A stretch of 64,000 nucleotides of DNA, from NCBI GenBank assembly GCA_013239625.1, contig MU054693.1, positions 248,001 to 312,000 of the forward strand, read 5' to 3'. Under the pieces are notes generated by a model. It worked only from the letters and a program-made list of their open reading frames with translations. It was not told the origin of the DNA and did not search any database. The position numbers were made by a program, and so were the translations under genes. Below, one piece after another: positions 48,201 through 60,905 of this stretch; the first letter of the stretch is position 1, and each line of letters begins with the position of its first letter. This DNA is from Lama guanicoe. Its lineage: Eukaryota.

Positions 48201-51200
48201 AGCCCTGTCGAGGAGGCGGTCGTGCTCTCAGTGTCGTTTGGGCGGCAGGACGTAGGGCAGGAACGTCTCCATACCACAGCTGATTCGGGGCTTATCACAT
48301 TTGAGTTGCCATCACTTGTAAGATGCGCCGTTATTTTATGAACCACTAAGAAAGAGAGACATGCTGCCAATTAAACTGTGGCGCAGGCTTTAATGATCAT
48401 CCTATGTGACACATGAATCAGTCACACCAGCCTTTCATTGCTCTGAAATTCCTTTCATCTCTTCCAAGGGGGTTGGCTGTTTCTCCTGCCTCAAGTCATA
48501 CTGTCTAACATGTGACAGGCGATCCCTTTCCGGGCTCCCGGTAACAGATCATAACACAGCTTCACTGACGTGCGGATATCTTCCTTTCTTTGGTCTTGTA
48601 AGACACTTGTTTGTTGCAAGAAAATCCAGAATTGAGGATAGTGGGTGTATGATGACATTTTGTCGCATTGCTGCCCATCTTTTGGAAGACAGTAAACGGC
48701 GAGTAGACTGACCCTAGGCAGGGCTTACAGGTACACACAGCTCATGCGAAGTGATGGCAGCATGACTGCTGTGAGCGACTTGGAGCACGTGCAGGTGACA
48801 GGTGCATCCTGACTGCCACTTGACTGACCGTGCACAGCAGAGACGTTCATATGTGCAAAAACCAGCCCCCTGACAGCGCATGAAATTATGGTAACAGTAG
48901 ACCACACTGTGAGACAGCTTTTCGGGTTTTTAGCAGCATGAGTCCTCCCAACTGCAGCAAATCTGAGTCCTGGTTGGTACCAAGGGTCCTTCTGCGCCCC
49001 GCTGAGCTCCGTTTCCAGTGGAGAGAGGGCAGCCCCTGAGTCCAGAGCCTCGGGCAGGTAGTGATTCCTACTTAGAGTGAATGACGTCATTTCTGTGTCA
49101 TCTTTAGTGATACCTACCATCTGTGGTGCGCATTTCCCATTTACAGGAGTGATCAAAAGTTTCCATTTTAAATGCACGTCCTTGGGTGAAAAAGTGAGGC
49201 CATTAAAGAAAAAGAGCAAGTAAATAATAGTACAGGTAGAGCGTGGCAGCAGCCACAAAGCGTGGAGGGGGTCGACACGCCGGGGTTGGGGGCGGGGGCT
49301 TGAGCTCTGGCCTCCTGCTCCAGGTGGAGGAGTCAGACGGGTGGCTCCTCCCCTGCGTGCATGGGCCCATCCCCTCTTCTGTGAGACGTACGGCTGATTG
49401 TCCAGTGACAGTGAGGCAGGAGAGTTGAAGGGGAGGGGGCTGAGGCTTTGGACGCAACAAGATTGGCCGTGAGTAGATCATTACTGAGGCCGGGCATTGG
49501 ATATGTGGGTGACGCGTGCTGTTCTGTTTTTCTATTCGTTTGACTGCCCCTCATTAAAAGAGGAGAAGAAATACAAGGGTTGGACTATCAGCCTTTGGGG
49601 CAGCCCCACCTCTGACCTTCTCCTTCGTCGGTCCTGAGGGGAGAGAGCGGAAAGGCAGGGTACTGAGCTCTGGGAAGGTGAGAGGGGCTGGTTTGCCCAA
49701 TCGCAGGATCCTTGGCACTTAAAAGACAAACAGAGAGTGGCCGGTGTGCCAGCCATTAAAATACAGAGAACATATTGACCTGAAGTGGGTAAAAATAGAG
49801 ACTGGAGATGGACTGGGATCCATTCCAAGATGTGGATTGTGAGAAGCTGGGCCCCGCTGCTGCTGTGAGCACCAGGTCGGGGACCATCCTTTGGTGCCCT
49901 TCACGGAAAGGAACGGAGCCATCCACAGGTGTGCCAGCCGAACGCTGCGGAGACTGTCCCCGGGTGATCACTAGGCCAGAACTACGAGGTGCTTTCTGTG
50001 ACTCAGTGACTCCCCGCGCAGCTCAGCATCCACTCTGCCGGGCGCTCTCCCCGTGTCGTCCGATGTACTCCCGGGTGGGCTGGTGCAGCTGGAGGGCTCA
50101 CACCACAGTGCTCACACCGCCCTCCAGCTCTGTGGCTGCAGAAAAGCAAAGCCTCCTCCCCAGAAGCAAAGGGACTGACAGTCCCAGCTCTGCCAGGCGT
50201 GTTGTGTCCAGGGTTGCCCGAGAAACGCTCTTGGCCCAAGCTTGGAAATCTCTGTCTTGCGGATGCTTCTCTGCCGGGATCAGCAGCGATGCGTCCACCC
50301 CGTCCTGCCTGCCGGCCAGGTGACTGTTGATCAGCAGGGCACCCGGCAGGAGCAGGCAGAATGGGACGAGGGGGCCGTGAAAGGTTGTCCAGATTTTTTT
50401 CCCTGCGCTAAACCGGGAGTTGGCCTTTTGGTATCGAGCAATGTTTTTACACTTCACACCACTGACGGAAGGCTGCAGGCACAAAATGGTGATCTTTCAG
50501 TGTTAATGCGCCAGCTCCCCATCGCATTTAGAGTGGCAGAGTGTGGGCCTGATGCTAAATCGAGAGCCTTTTAAGGTCGCCCGAGCTGGGAGGAGAAGGA
50601 ACGGCGGCTTCAGCCACCAGGATTCTCGCAAGATCTGGACCCTCCGCCAATTTGACGGGAGGCAGGGTTGGGCCATCACATCTGCAGATAGAGGACAAAA
50701 CGTGACGACCCACCTGGCTTGTCTGTGCCTCCCAGGGGCAGCATCCCCACTGGCATGCCGAAGACGCCTCTGACCGGAAGGAGGGGCCGCTTCACTCCAC
50801 CTGCTCCCTGAGGATGCAGCCAGCCGGGCTGCTCCGACGCAGACAGCGCTCGTTCAAGGCCACACGATATGCTCGGGAGATGAGCCTGGGCGACAGACAG
50901 GCCTGTCCTCCAGCTCTTCTGCTCGGGGAATAATTAGGCTTCACTGTCTAGGACAGGCGGGCTTCTCTCCCCAGTCTCCACCGTCCTTCCCCCCTTCTCC
51001 TCCCCGCTCCAGCTCCTTAAATCAGTAGAAAGGAATCTCAAAAGATCACTCTCAAGTTGAATTTTTAAATTGCAAGTTGGCTGCTCCCTATTATTAGCAC
51101 TTGAAGAGATAAACCTTAAAGTTCACAGGCACATCCCAGGTAGAGCATAGTCTTGGCAGCTTTGAGATCATTAGTTAGTAAGGCACAGCTTCAGCCTGTC

Positions 51201-51774
51201 TCGGTGCTAATTGAGTTTGAGATTTCAGCCGGAGATTGGCTGTCCTCGGGGACAGTGTGAGCGGTGGTTTGGTGCTGAGAAGGCCAGTCCTGCTGGCAGC
51301 AGTCTTCGTGTGCAGCGTGGTTCCCAAGCTTGGTAGAGACAAGAGTGAAGCAGCCCCCTGGGCAAGAAGGAACGGGAAGGGAGGGGAGCAGAGGGGCCAT
51401 GCGGGGAGGCGGGAGGGCAGCAGGGGGCCGTGCCTGAGAGCCAGGCAGGCCGCCAGCAGGCTTTGCCAGCCCCCGTCCGCGGCAGGTGAGCTGGGCCGTA
51501 ACTTACCGCGTTACTCTGGTCTAACTCCTCTCTCCGTCCCAGGCTTGCTCTCCCCATTCCAAATGGAATACACATGTTCCTTTTATAGAAAATTAGGTAA
51601 TGTGGGCAAGCAAAGGAAAGAAACAGTGTCCCTGATTCCCACCGGCAGGAGACTACTGCCAGAGCGCTTCAGAGAATCCCTTTCCGGGCCTCTCGCTGGG
51701 ACGTGTTGGTGTGGACACGTTTTTTGGTAAGAGAATAAGATCATGCTGTGTGCCTGCTTTTTTTCCATTTAGTA

Positions 51775-52120
51775 AAGGCGGAGTTGCTCCAACAGCCCCA
51801 AAACTGTGGCTTAAAGAACAGAGACACTTATCTCTCTTCTGCTTCAGATCCGAGGGCTGCTCTGCTCCACGGGGTCCCTCAGGGATCCTGTTCCTCTGCC
51901 CTCTGGCGCCGCCACATGACCTGGGACGTGCTCCACATGATGGAAGCTGAGTCCCAGGCACCTGCCGAGTTTACAGAACTGGGAAAAGGCACGGGTGTTG
52001 TAGGATCAGACACAGCCCTGGTACACGTCAGTTCACTCGAACTTCATTAGCAAGAGCTTAGTCCCATGGCAGACCTGGCTGCAAGGGCTGCTGGGAACTG
52101 TGGTCTCTAACTGGGCCACT
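51775..52120 (-). mobile_element. MLT1 LTR fragment
   Basis: ccccaaaactgtggcttaaagaaca...ttagtcccatggc...gctgcaagggctgctgggaactgtggtctct. Confidence 0.65.
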
Positions 52121-52282
52121 GCGGGTCCAGCGGAGACCCTCACTCTGGAAGGGAAGGGAGCGGCTTCCACCACACGACACGCCCTCCCGCGTCAGGAGCG
52201 TGCAGAGAGCTGCTGCCCTGGGGTCCTGTGTTACAGTGGCCGTCCCCTGTATGATGACCGTAACATAATCTCTCCTGGGCTT

Positions 52283-53500
52283 TTAGGTTTTTATTTGGAA
52301 ATAATTACAGATTCACAGGAAGTTGCAACAACGTGTATCAGCAGGTCCCACGTATCCTTCCCAGGCCTCCCCCGTTGTTAGCATCTTGCATGACTAGAGT
52401 ACAACTTTCAGACCGAGAAGCTGATGCTGGTACAATGCACAGAGCTTATTGGATTTCATGAGGTTATTCACGCACTCACTGGTGTGTCTGCGTGACTGTG
52501 TCTGCGTGTCGCTGGCCCTGTGCAGTTTTACCATGTGCGTAGCTTTGTGGAACCACCACCAGAACAAGGTATCTCTCTACTCCCCCTGCAAAACCCCCTC
52601 ATGCTACCTCTTCCTCAGGACACCGCCTCTGTCCCTGTCCCTAAGCCCTGGCGACCACTAATCTGTTCTCCATCTCAGGATCCTTTGATCTCACGAATAT
52701 TATGTACAGGGAACCATGCTGTCAGTATCCTTTTGAGGTTGGCTTTTTTCACCCAGAATAATTTCCTTGAGGCTCCTCCAAATTGTGGTGTGTCTCGGTA
52801 ATCCATTCCTTTAAGTTGCCGAGTAATATTCCAGTAGTTCCCACACCTTGTTTAACCGTGTATCCACTGGAGGACATTAGGTGGTTTCCTGTTTGTGACT
52901 GTTAACCGATAAAGCTGCTGTGAACACTCATGTACAAGTTTCTGCATGAGAATAAGTTTTCATTTCTATGTAATGTACGTGCCTCTGAGTATAGTCGCTG
53001 GGTCATATAGTTAGTCCATTTTTAGTTTTAAAAGGAAATGCCAAATTATCTCATCTTCCACTCACGCCAGCAATGTGTAAGGAATCCAATGTCTCCACAT
53101 CTTTCCCGGCGTTGTGACTGTTTCTTATTTTGACCATTCTGATGGGCGTGGAGTGGGACCTCATCGTGGTTCTATCTGCATTTCTCCAGCGGCTGTGATG
53201 TCAAGCGTCTTCACGTGCGTTTTACCGGCCGTGTATTGTCTTGGGCGAAATGTCTGTGCATGTCTTTCGCCCATTTTCTAATTGGATTGTTTTTAAATGC
53301 TGAGCTTTGCGAGTTCTTTATATGTTCTACATACGAATCCTTGGCAGGCATGCGATCTGCACATATTTTCTACCAACTGTAGCTTGTCTCTTCATCCTCT
53401 TAATGGGATCTTTTGCAAAGCAGATATATTTGGTTTTGATGAGGTCCAATTTATCAGATTTTTTTGTTTATGGATTGTGCTTTCGGTGTTGAGTCTAACC
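52283..53500 (-). mobile_element. Old L1 (L1MC/L1MD-like) 3' UTR plus degenerate ORF2 end
   Basis: ttttatttggaaataattacagattcacaggaagttgcaa...; aaagctgctgtgaacactcatgtacaagttt; ttttgatgaggtccaatttatc. No intact ORF. Confidence 0.85.
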
Positions 53501-54929
53501 TGCTGGGTTTTAGATTGAGTGTTGTTCTGATGGAATGAACTTACTGTTTGCCCCCCCTCTTTCTCCGCCTCTCTCCCTCTCAGCGTGGACCTTAGCTACT
53601 TTCTAGATCAGCCTGTGCATTTGACCGCCAGGCCATCCAAGGCCTGGAGACAACCCTCACTCCCCCAGCGTGAGGACCAGAACAAGACTCCCTCAGTCAG
53701 CACGTTTTCCGCTTCCCCAGAACTCTTCTCAGGATGACATTGGACCAGCAGTGTCAAAATGCTGCAGATCCCGCTACAGCGCAGGGTAGTAAAAGAAAGC
53801 GGTGGCCGTGACAGGCTTGTTCCTACGGCTCAGCCCTGGCCTGGGCAGTAGTGCTGTGAGAAGGAGCCTCAGCCAAGGGTGATCTGCTCATCCCGTCCCG
53901 GGAGGGCTGCCAGGCCACATCCCGCCGTCAGATGGGCAGCTGTGGGCGGAGTCCGTAACGCTTCAGCAAGCCTGTGTGAGGTCGCTAGGGGAATTCGGGA
54001 GAGCCTCCCGGGGGTGACACCTTCCCCCGCAGCTCCCAGCCTCAGTGACTGCCGAGCCACCCGAACCCCACTCTGCCGTGGGAAGCGGAGGTGGGGCACA
54101 AAGATGGGGTGGATGTGGGAGCCGTGTGCCTCAGCAGATTGCCCATCCCTCCCAGGCAGGAATGTGCAAATTCAGGGACTCCAAGGAGAAGCAAGGTCCC
54201 CCCCCCAGGCTGCTGGGGGCCCTGCACTCAGGACAGGGGTTGTCCTCACCCATCACCCCAGCCTGGGGCTTGCTGTCACCTTCCTCCGGGAGGACACCAT
54301 CCTAAACATGGCGGGGGAGGGGGCACCAGACATTCCCATCTCCTGGCCTCTAGGATGTTCTCTGCCCAAACATCCTTCCTCCAGAAAGCCACATGATTTG
54401 CTCTCTAGCTCTTTTTTTCCCCCACAGCTACTTACAGTACGCTCACCCAGCCTGCTTCCTCTTCCTGAACAGCCAGCAGAACTGTATTTGCCGGCCCCCT
54501 GCCTCTGAGTGGGCTGTGGAGCGTGGGCAGCAAAGGCGGCTGGAAGACGGCCTGCGTCCCCTGTGCTCTCTCTCCCTTCGCTGAGGCCCCGTGGGGAGCC
54601 GCGCCCAGCGGTGCAGGGTCAGAAGGTGGGAGGCTTCCCGACCCGAGTCACTGCCCGGAGGGGAGCTGCCAGGGAGCGCCCAGCCAGGAGCTTCTGCGGC
54701 AGATTTTGTGCAAGAGAAGTAAACTCGTAAACCATTTATTGTGTTAAGTCGCCGAGATTTTGGAGTTTTTTTTAATAGTGGCTGGTATTATTTACCCCAG
54801 ATGTCATATAAACACACGGGAAACAACGCCGCCAGTGGCAAGTGCTTGATGGGTGGTAGACGTGACTGTTTCTCTTGCTACGACATGAGCTTCCGTCCAG
54901 GTCATCTTTCACTCAGGTTAGAAGAGGAC

Positions 54930-55215
54930 CCGTCACATGTCAGCTGAGGCCGCTCTCTTGTTCCTCCAGGAGGAGCAGCCTTACAGACAGGCCTTCCTGG
55001 CCACGTGCTGTAAGAGTGTGGCCGCCCCAGCCTTCCTGCCCCTCCCTCTGTTCTTCAGGGCGCCCCTGCATCGGACATTGGCTGACTATTTATCTTGTCG
55101 TCCGTCCCCCCTGCAAGAGTGATGGCTCCGTGAGGACAGGGGCTGTGTCTGGGGCACTGCTTGGTCCCCTAGCACACAGTAGGTGCTCAATAAATATTTG
55201 CCAGAAGTGGAGTGA
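54930..55215 (+). mobile_element. L2 3' end
   Basis: ctccgtgaggacaggggctgtgtct...cctagcacacagtaggtgctcaataaatatttg. Confidence 0.75.
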
Positions 55216-57639
55216 AATAAGAAAGCTGGACTCAGGTATCTGCTCTGCCCCTAAGTCGGTGACCGCGGGCCAGTCTCCTGCTCCCTCTGAATGTGGATAC
55301 TTCATCTGTGAATCAGGCCAGTGACTGGCCGTCCAGTGCAGGAGTCCTGTGAGTGATCACACCAAATATTTCTTGTGCACCTACTGTGCGCAGGTGCTAA
55401 ATGCCAGGGATACAAGGCAAAAGAGAAGGCCAGACAGTGAAGACTGTCTTGTCAGCGACATCATTGCAGACACAGCGAGGATGCTCCCTGGACACCGTCG
55501 CCCACGTGGACCTGTTCCATTTTCCGCCATGGCCTTGAAGACACCCACTCGTCTCTCTTTACTTGCTCTGAAGGAAATACTCAGACGAAGGAAGCCAGAG
55601 GCTTGGTGGCAACCCCCTGGGAGGACTTCCCCTCTGCAGACGTTGTAAAGCAGTCTCAGCCGTGCATCAAGACCATCTCTTAAGCACAAGAGATTGAAAA
55701 TGCCCTTTGGAAACCTGAAGTGCTTGGAAGAGAATGTCAGAGTCACAGGTGCCGCCCGTCCCCCAACCCCGATCCCATCTGCATTTCTGTGACTGCGCTG
55801 CAGCTCCCTGCCTTGATTAGAACCCGGTCCCTTTCTTGCCGTGGCCTTTTGATATTTGACTTTGCACTCGATGCCCCTAAAGCTAATAGGCACTGGCCTT
55901 TCCTTTCCAAAGGGTAGTTGGTCAAGTTAATGATCGCCGAAAGGCCATAGTTAATTTGCTCTCCTTCTTGTTTCTTTCCATTAGTTTGCAAACCAACAAA
56001 GTTCAAGAAAACTTCTGAACATAAAAGAGTAGGGATCTAATTAAGAAGCAGGCAGGTAGTTCTAAAACTTTTTTAAGAACTTAGGGGCCATAGTTAAAGG
56101 ATGGTGATGAGATTGTACCAGCAAGAGACACTGAACACCGTGTGGACAAGTCCTGCCGGGGGCCTGACACACCGAGGCCTGAGCAACCTGTCAGTGGGCA
56201 GATGTGTGACCCTGTTTAACTTGTCTTCAGCCTCAGTGAGGGACCACAGGCCAGGCCATCTGCTCAGGGCAAGGGGTGCCCCACTAGGATGGCAGGGGAG
56301 AAACTGGAGGTGACAAGGGACAAGACCAGCCCTCCAGCTGTCTCCTGTCTCAGCGTATAGCACTGGCGATGCGAGGCGAGGAGGGTGCGACCTGTCTAGT
56401 ATGCAGTTGTCCACAGGGAAGGTGATTCATGGCTGAGTCTTACACCCGGGCCTGGGCATTTCCAGCTAAGTGCCTCCCTGCATGAAGGTTGTGTGTTCTC
56501 AGGAGCCCTGGCCTGATGGCTGAGTGCCCCGAGGCTGCCAAGTGCAGGTGAGGGATGCTGTCCTGTCGTGAGCCATGTTTGTGAATGGTGCCGGCCCCGT
56601 GGGAGCACATGATCACAGGAACGCAGACACCGTGGTGCTGTCACCCTTCTTGGGGTAGAACAGGACTCGCCTTGCCTTTGGGGAACCAGCCCCTGAATGC
56701 TTTCATCAACACATGTGCTTCAATTAGATTGTCTCTCAGCCCGCCCCTCCCCATGCCCACTCCAGAGGAAGGAGGTCCTGACCAATCTAGGTATCAGGCT
56801 GACCCCTCCCAACCCGCACACGCACACACACACGCATCACTGTGGTTGGTTCAGGGATGGGCATGTGGTCTAACCCAGCCAAACAAACACAACTGTCTCT
56901 CGCTAGAGTGCTGAGAGAAAAGTGCCACCAGCTTCCATTGAACTTGAATAGAGAGGGTTGAGAAGCTGCTGGAACCAGGAGCTGAGGGGCCCCCTGCAGG
57001 AGCCCAGCTCCCTCCTGTGCAGCTTGGGCCAGGGCGGCAGAGGGGAAGGTCCCTTTTCCTGGCATGTCTGTGGGCAGCGGTTAACAGTGCCAGCAGGGGA
57101 GGGACAACGTGTGAAGGCCCAGACCTGGTGCGGAGACCAGGCGGTGCAGGTGAGCGCGGAGCTGAGCAGCAGCGCTTTGGTGGCTGGCGCCCGGAGGCCC
57201 TGGGCATCTCTGAGGTGTCACAGAGGCTCTTCTGTTCCTTTCTGGTTTGATCTTTGCCCACAGGCCATTTTTTGATTTGAATTTTTTTTTTTTTTTTTTT
57301 TTTTTGCTGTCTGGAGGGCTAGGAATGAGAAACAGCTTTATTTTCAAATCCAGCAAGTTATGCCTCCTTTATATTTCCTTTAAATTTCCTTTAAAAACTG
57401 GGAAGTTTCCTTTTTAGCCCCTAAGAAGCAAGGCAGCTTCTTCAGCAGGGAGCCTGGAAGTCTCCTTCAGAGGATCGTTGAGTCCGTCCAGCAGAATCCT
57501 GCCTTCCCCTTGATCACAGGCGACTGCACTGCCAGACTTCCCACCACTGTATGTGGAGGTCCCCTTCTCCTCCCTCCCCTCTAAGCCGTCGCCAGGGGCT
57601 CCTCCAGCCCCCACCTCTAGGTAAGAGGAGTGTCAGAAT

Positions 57640-57860
57640 GCGTAAGCGTGTTTAAAACCAGGACCTCACGCCTGCTTTTTCCCTACTCTTGCTGTGAGGT
57701 GAGGAACTGCTCTCTTAGACCATCAGGGCCACTTGCGCAGCACAAGCTCGATGCACCCTAGGGCCCCAGGCAGCCCTCTGCCACCTCCAGGCTTAGATGG
57801 ACAGGAGAGGGGTGAACTTCTGTTCCAGCCACTGTTACGAGCATCTTCTGTCCCTCGCAG
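57640..57860 (+). mobile_element. MLT1-like LTR fragment
   Basis: cagccctctgccacctccaggctt...agccactgtta...tcgcagcctaacccagtcc. Confidence 0.45.
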
Positions 57861-58479
57861 CCTAACCCAGTCCGAACGCCGCCCCCATTCCTGGCTCTCT
57901 TGGCCCTGACCACACTGGAGACGTTCTGTTTGTTCATGGAAATGTTTGATCAGCGTCTGACTGCCTGTTACCCCAATAGGTTATAAGCACGAAGTAGGTA
58001 TACATTAGGAACCTAGGATTGGGGGGGGGCTTGTTTCATGGTCAGGTGAGGATTAAGATTAACTCTGCAAATCTTTCTCAAGCCATAGAGCCCAGGGTCC
58101 AGACAGAGGACCTTGCAGTGCCTTAAGCTCAGTGGGGGCTAAAATATTGGGGTGCTGAGGGTCAGCCGGAGAGCTGATTACGTGGATGTGGCCAGGGTAA
58201 GTCTCTGTTTTCTGTCTGGATAAAGTTTACTGTTTTTACACCGTATAGTACGAATAGCACCATGACTTAATGTCACAGTTTTCATGACGAATCCCATGTA
58301 CTTTTAACATTCTGTCTTGTCGCATTCTCCCCCTTCCAGGGGGCTCAAGCTCCCCATCGTCAGTCTCCCCTTCCCCTGCACTGCACTCGAGGTCCGTGTC
58401 TTGTTTTGACATGAGACGCTGTTTTGATTCGGGCTGCATGTATTCTGACTTCAGGACACCACAGAGTCTGCTCTCTGCC

Positions 58480-58910
58480 TTCCCCAATAGCCACACTTCC
58501 ATTCTCCCTTCCTAATAGGGCTCCCAGTTTGAGCCCAGGAGAAAGACTTCATACCCCAGCTCCTTTACGGTTAGGAGTGGCCCTTGAGATGTGACTCGGG
58601 TTATGTCCAACTGCAGGGAGGTGTTCTTAAGGGGATGGTGAGAGGAGGGAGGTCTTTTCTTCCCCTTCCTCCTTCCTACTGGTGGAGGTGTGGACATGAT
58701 GGCTGGCCTCAAGCAGCCAACCTAGACCATGAGGTAGAAGCACATGCTGAGGCTGGCACAGAAGCAGGACAGAAGGAGCCTGTCTCTCTGGCAACTTTGG
58801 CATCCAGCTCCAGTCTTCTTTTATGTGGGAGAAAACTAGGGTATCTTGTTTAAGGCATCATTGTTCTGGATATTTTCTCACTGACAGCTGAATTTGGTCC
58901 TAACTGACAC
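58480..58910 (+). mobile_element. MLT1 (MLT1I/J-like) LTR
   Basis: gtgtggacatgatggctgg...agcagccaacctagaccatgagg...ttttatgtgggagaaa...tcttgtttaag...tcctaactgacaca. Confidence 0.75.
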
Positions 58911-60689
58911 AGTTGGCCTCGGATGGAAGCTGGCTTTTTTAAAGCAACCCTCAGTATGAGCCTGTTTCGCTCTTTCTCTCTCTCACCTTACCGGGGAGCT
59001 AATTGAGTTCCAGCTAATTGCCGTGTTTTGCTCCTGATCATGGTGTTTGTCGCAGCGGCTCCCAAGGCCCCGCCAGTGCCGAGCGCGCTCCTTCTCCTGG
59101 GTCACATTGGCTGCCTTCCCCAAGATCATTAACACCCCGATTCCATCAGCCTCTTTTGAGAACCACACAGTTTTGGTTTCTGCTGCTGTATAACACTGCT
59201 AAAGGTTATTGAATCCATCTTCAGTCAAGAAAACCATTTAATTAGCATGTTTCTGCCTCACGAAGAGCAGGTGGCTGCACACGTGTGTTGTAAGCTGCAG
59301 CCGGCCCCAGGGTGCCCCATCTCCTTGCCGGTTTCATTTCTTGGCTGGTGTTGGACAACAGAACAAGCCGGCTCTTTCATTTCCTCCTCCCAGATCTCCC
59401 TGTCCCCTCATGCATTTTTCATCTCGACTCCCGCAACTCCCTCTGCCCGTGAACAGTATCGATCGGCTGATTAAGCCATCAAGTCACAGCAAACAACTTC
59501 AATTCTCTAACTCCTGGGCCTCGCTTCCCCTCCTCGCCTTGTACCGCGTTCCTCACTTACCTGTTCCAACAGGCAGAGAATTTTTCTGCATCCTGCCCAC
59601 CGCTAACCTCCATGTGGCCCCGCCCTTGCTTTGGGGCTGTTTTGGATAATCAAGAAGATGAACTTAAAAGAAGCCAGGTCCCCGATTTAGATGCCATTTC
59701 CCTTGTCATGTAAATAGAATACATTGAGGCTTTATTAAAATCAAGCCTCGGCCCCAGTTCCTCACCAAATGGGCACCTCCACAGGGCTTCCTGGGGGTCC
59801 TGCCAGCGTGGTGGCAGACCTCCCCAGGGCGGGGGACCGAGAGTAAGCAGGAGCCTGCAGTACCTTTGTGACCTAGTCTCCCGTGCCGTCTCTCCCACCC
59901 TTTTTCTCTCTGTTAGAAGGGAGTCAGCAAGTCAGGGAAGGGGAGCCGGGCTCCACCATCGGAGGGCACGCCGAAGACTTTGTGGCCACGCTCTGATGAC
60001 CACACTCTGGCCTCTGGCCACAAATGGACGCACAAAACATACTCACCCCGCTTCTCACACCCCCGCAAAATCTCAGCCTATCACAGCATCAGCTCAAAGT
60101 CCCAGTCTGGTCACCCAGGGTGACCACGGTAGATAGGTAATTCCTTAAGGGCAATTCCTGGAGACCGGTTCCTTTCCATCCGGAAAACACTCATCACATC
60201 CCCAGCTCCCAGCATGGCGCTGGGCACCTTCAGTACCTACAGTGAGTGAGCAAGGGAACGAACGGCAGTCTGGGACCCTGATGCAAAGAGGCATAACCAT
60301 GCCTGCTTGTCATCCAAGTGCCAGCTCAGGTGTCACCTCCAAGTCTGTCGCTCAGTCTGTGTTCCTCACTGCTTGGATCAATCTCCAAAGTGGCTTTGCT
60401 TATTTCCTGCTGACTCGCTCTCCCCCACCAGCAGGTGGGCCCCCCGGGAGCAGGGACCTGGGGCCTCTGTCTCACTCTGTGTCCGCTGCGCCTAGAACAG
60501 GGCGCGGCCAATGGCAATGCTCAGGAGTGTCTGTGGGATGAACAGCTGGAGGAGTCGCTAACGAGCTGCTGGGGAGGGCAGCCCGGGTGTCGTCCCGGAT
60601 GCTGGAGGAATTGGAATAGGGACTGCGTATCAGATCGTGCAGCGTGGGCGTCAGTTTTCTCGGGTGTGACGAGGGACTGTATCCTGTTC

Positions 60690-60905
60690 TGAGGAGGTAC
60701 GTTCAGGCTGAAGTATTGCGGAGACAAGTGTTAGAATGCCTTCGGCTTGCCTTCAGGTGGCTCAGGAAAATATACATACGGATAGAGAGGACATTCATAC
60801 AGATGCTGCAGAATATGAACACCTGGCAGATCTAGGTGAGTGACAGGTACGTGAGGTCTCCTTTAAGCTTGTCCGGAAGTTAGACATTTTTCAAAATAGT
60901 TGTGG
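60690..60905 (+). mobile_element. Old L1M 3' end fragment
   Basis: gctgaagtattg...ggctcaggaaaat...gatctaggtga...acatttttcaaaata. Confidence 0.55.

Noticed and set aside
52800-53500. L1 ORF2 coding potential
   Set aside because: Heavily degenerate; no open frame on the minus strand.
53879-54508. 209-aa ORF (similar ones at 61448-62134 and 63069-63623)
   Set aside because: Expected by chance at this GC content; no homology that I recognise.
18630-59562. Antisense spliced gene suggested by scattered minus-strand donors (CTTACC near 18633, 21497, 39074, 59556)
   Set aside because: Frequency is compatible with chance, and I could not assemble a coherent exon chain or ORF.
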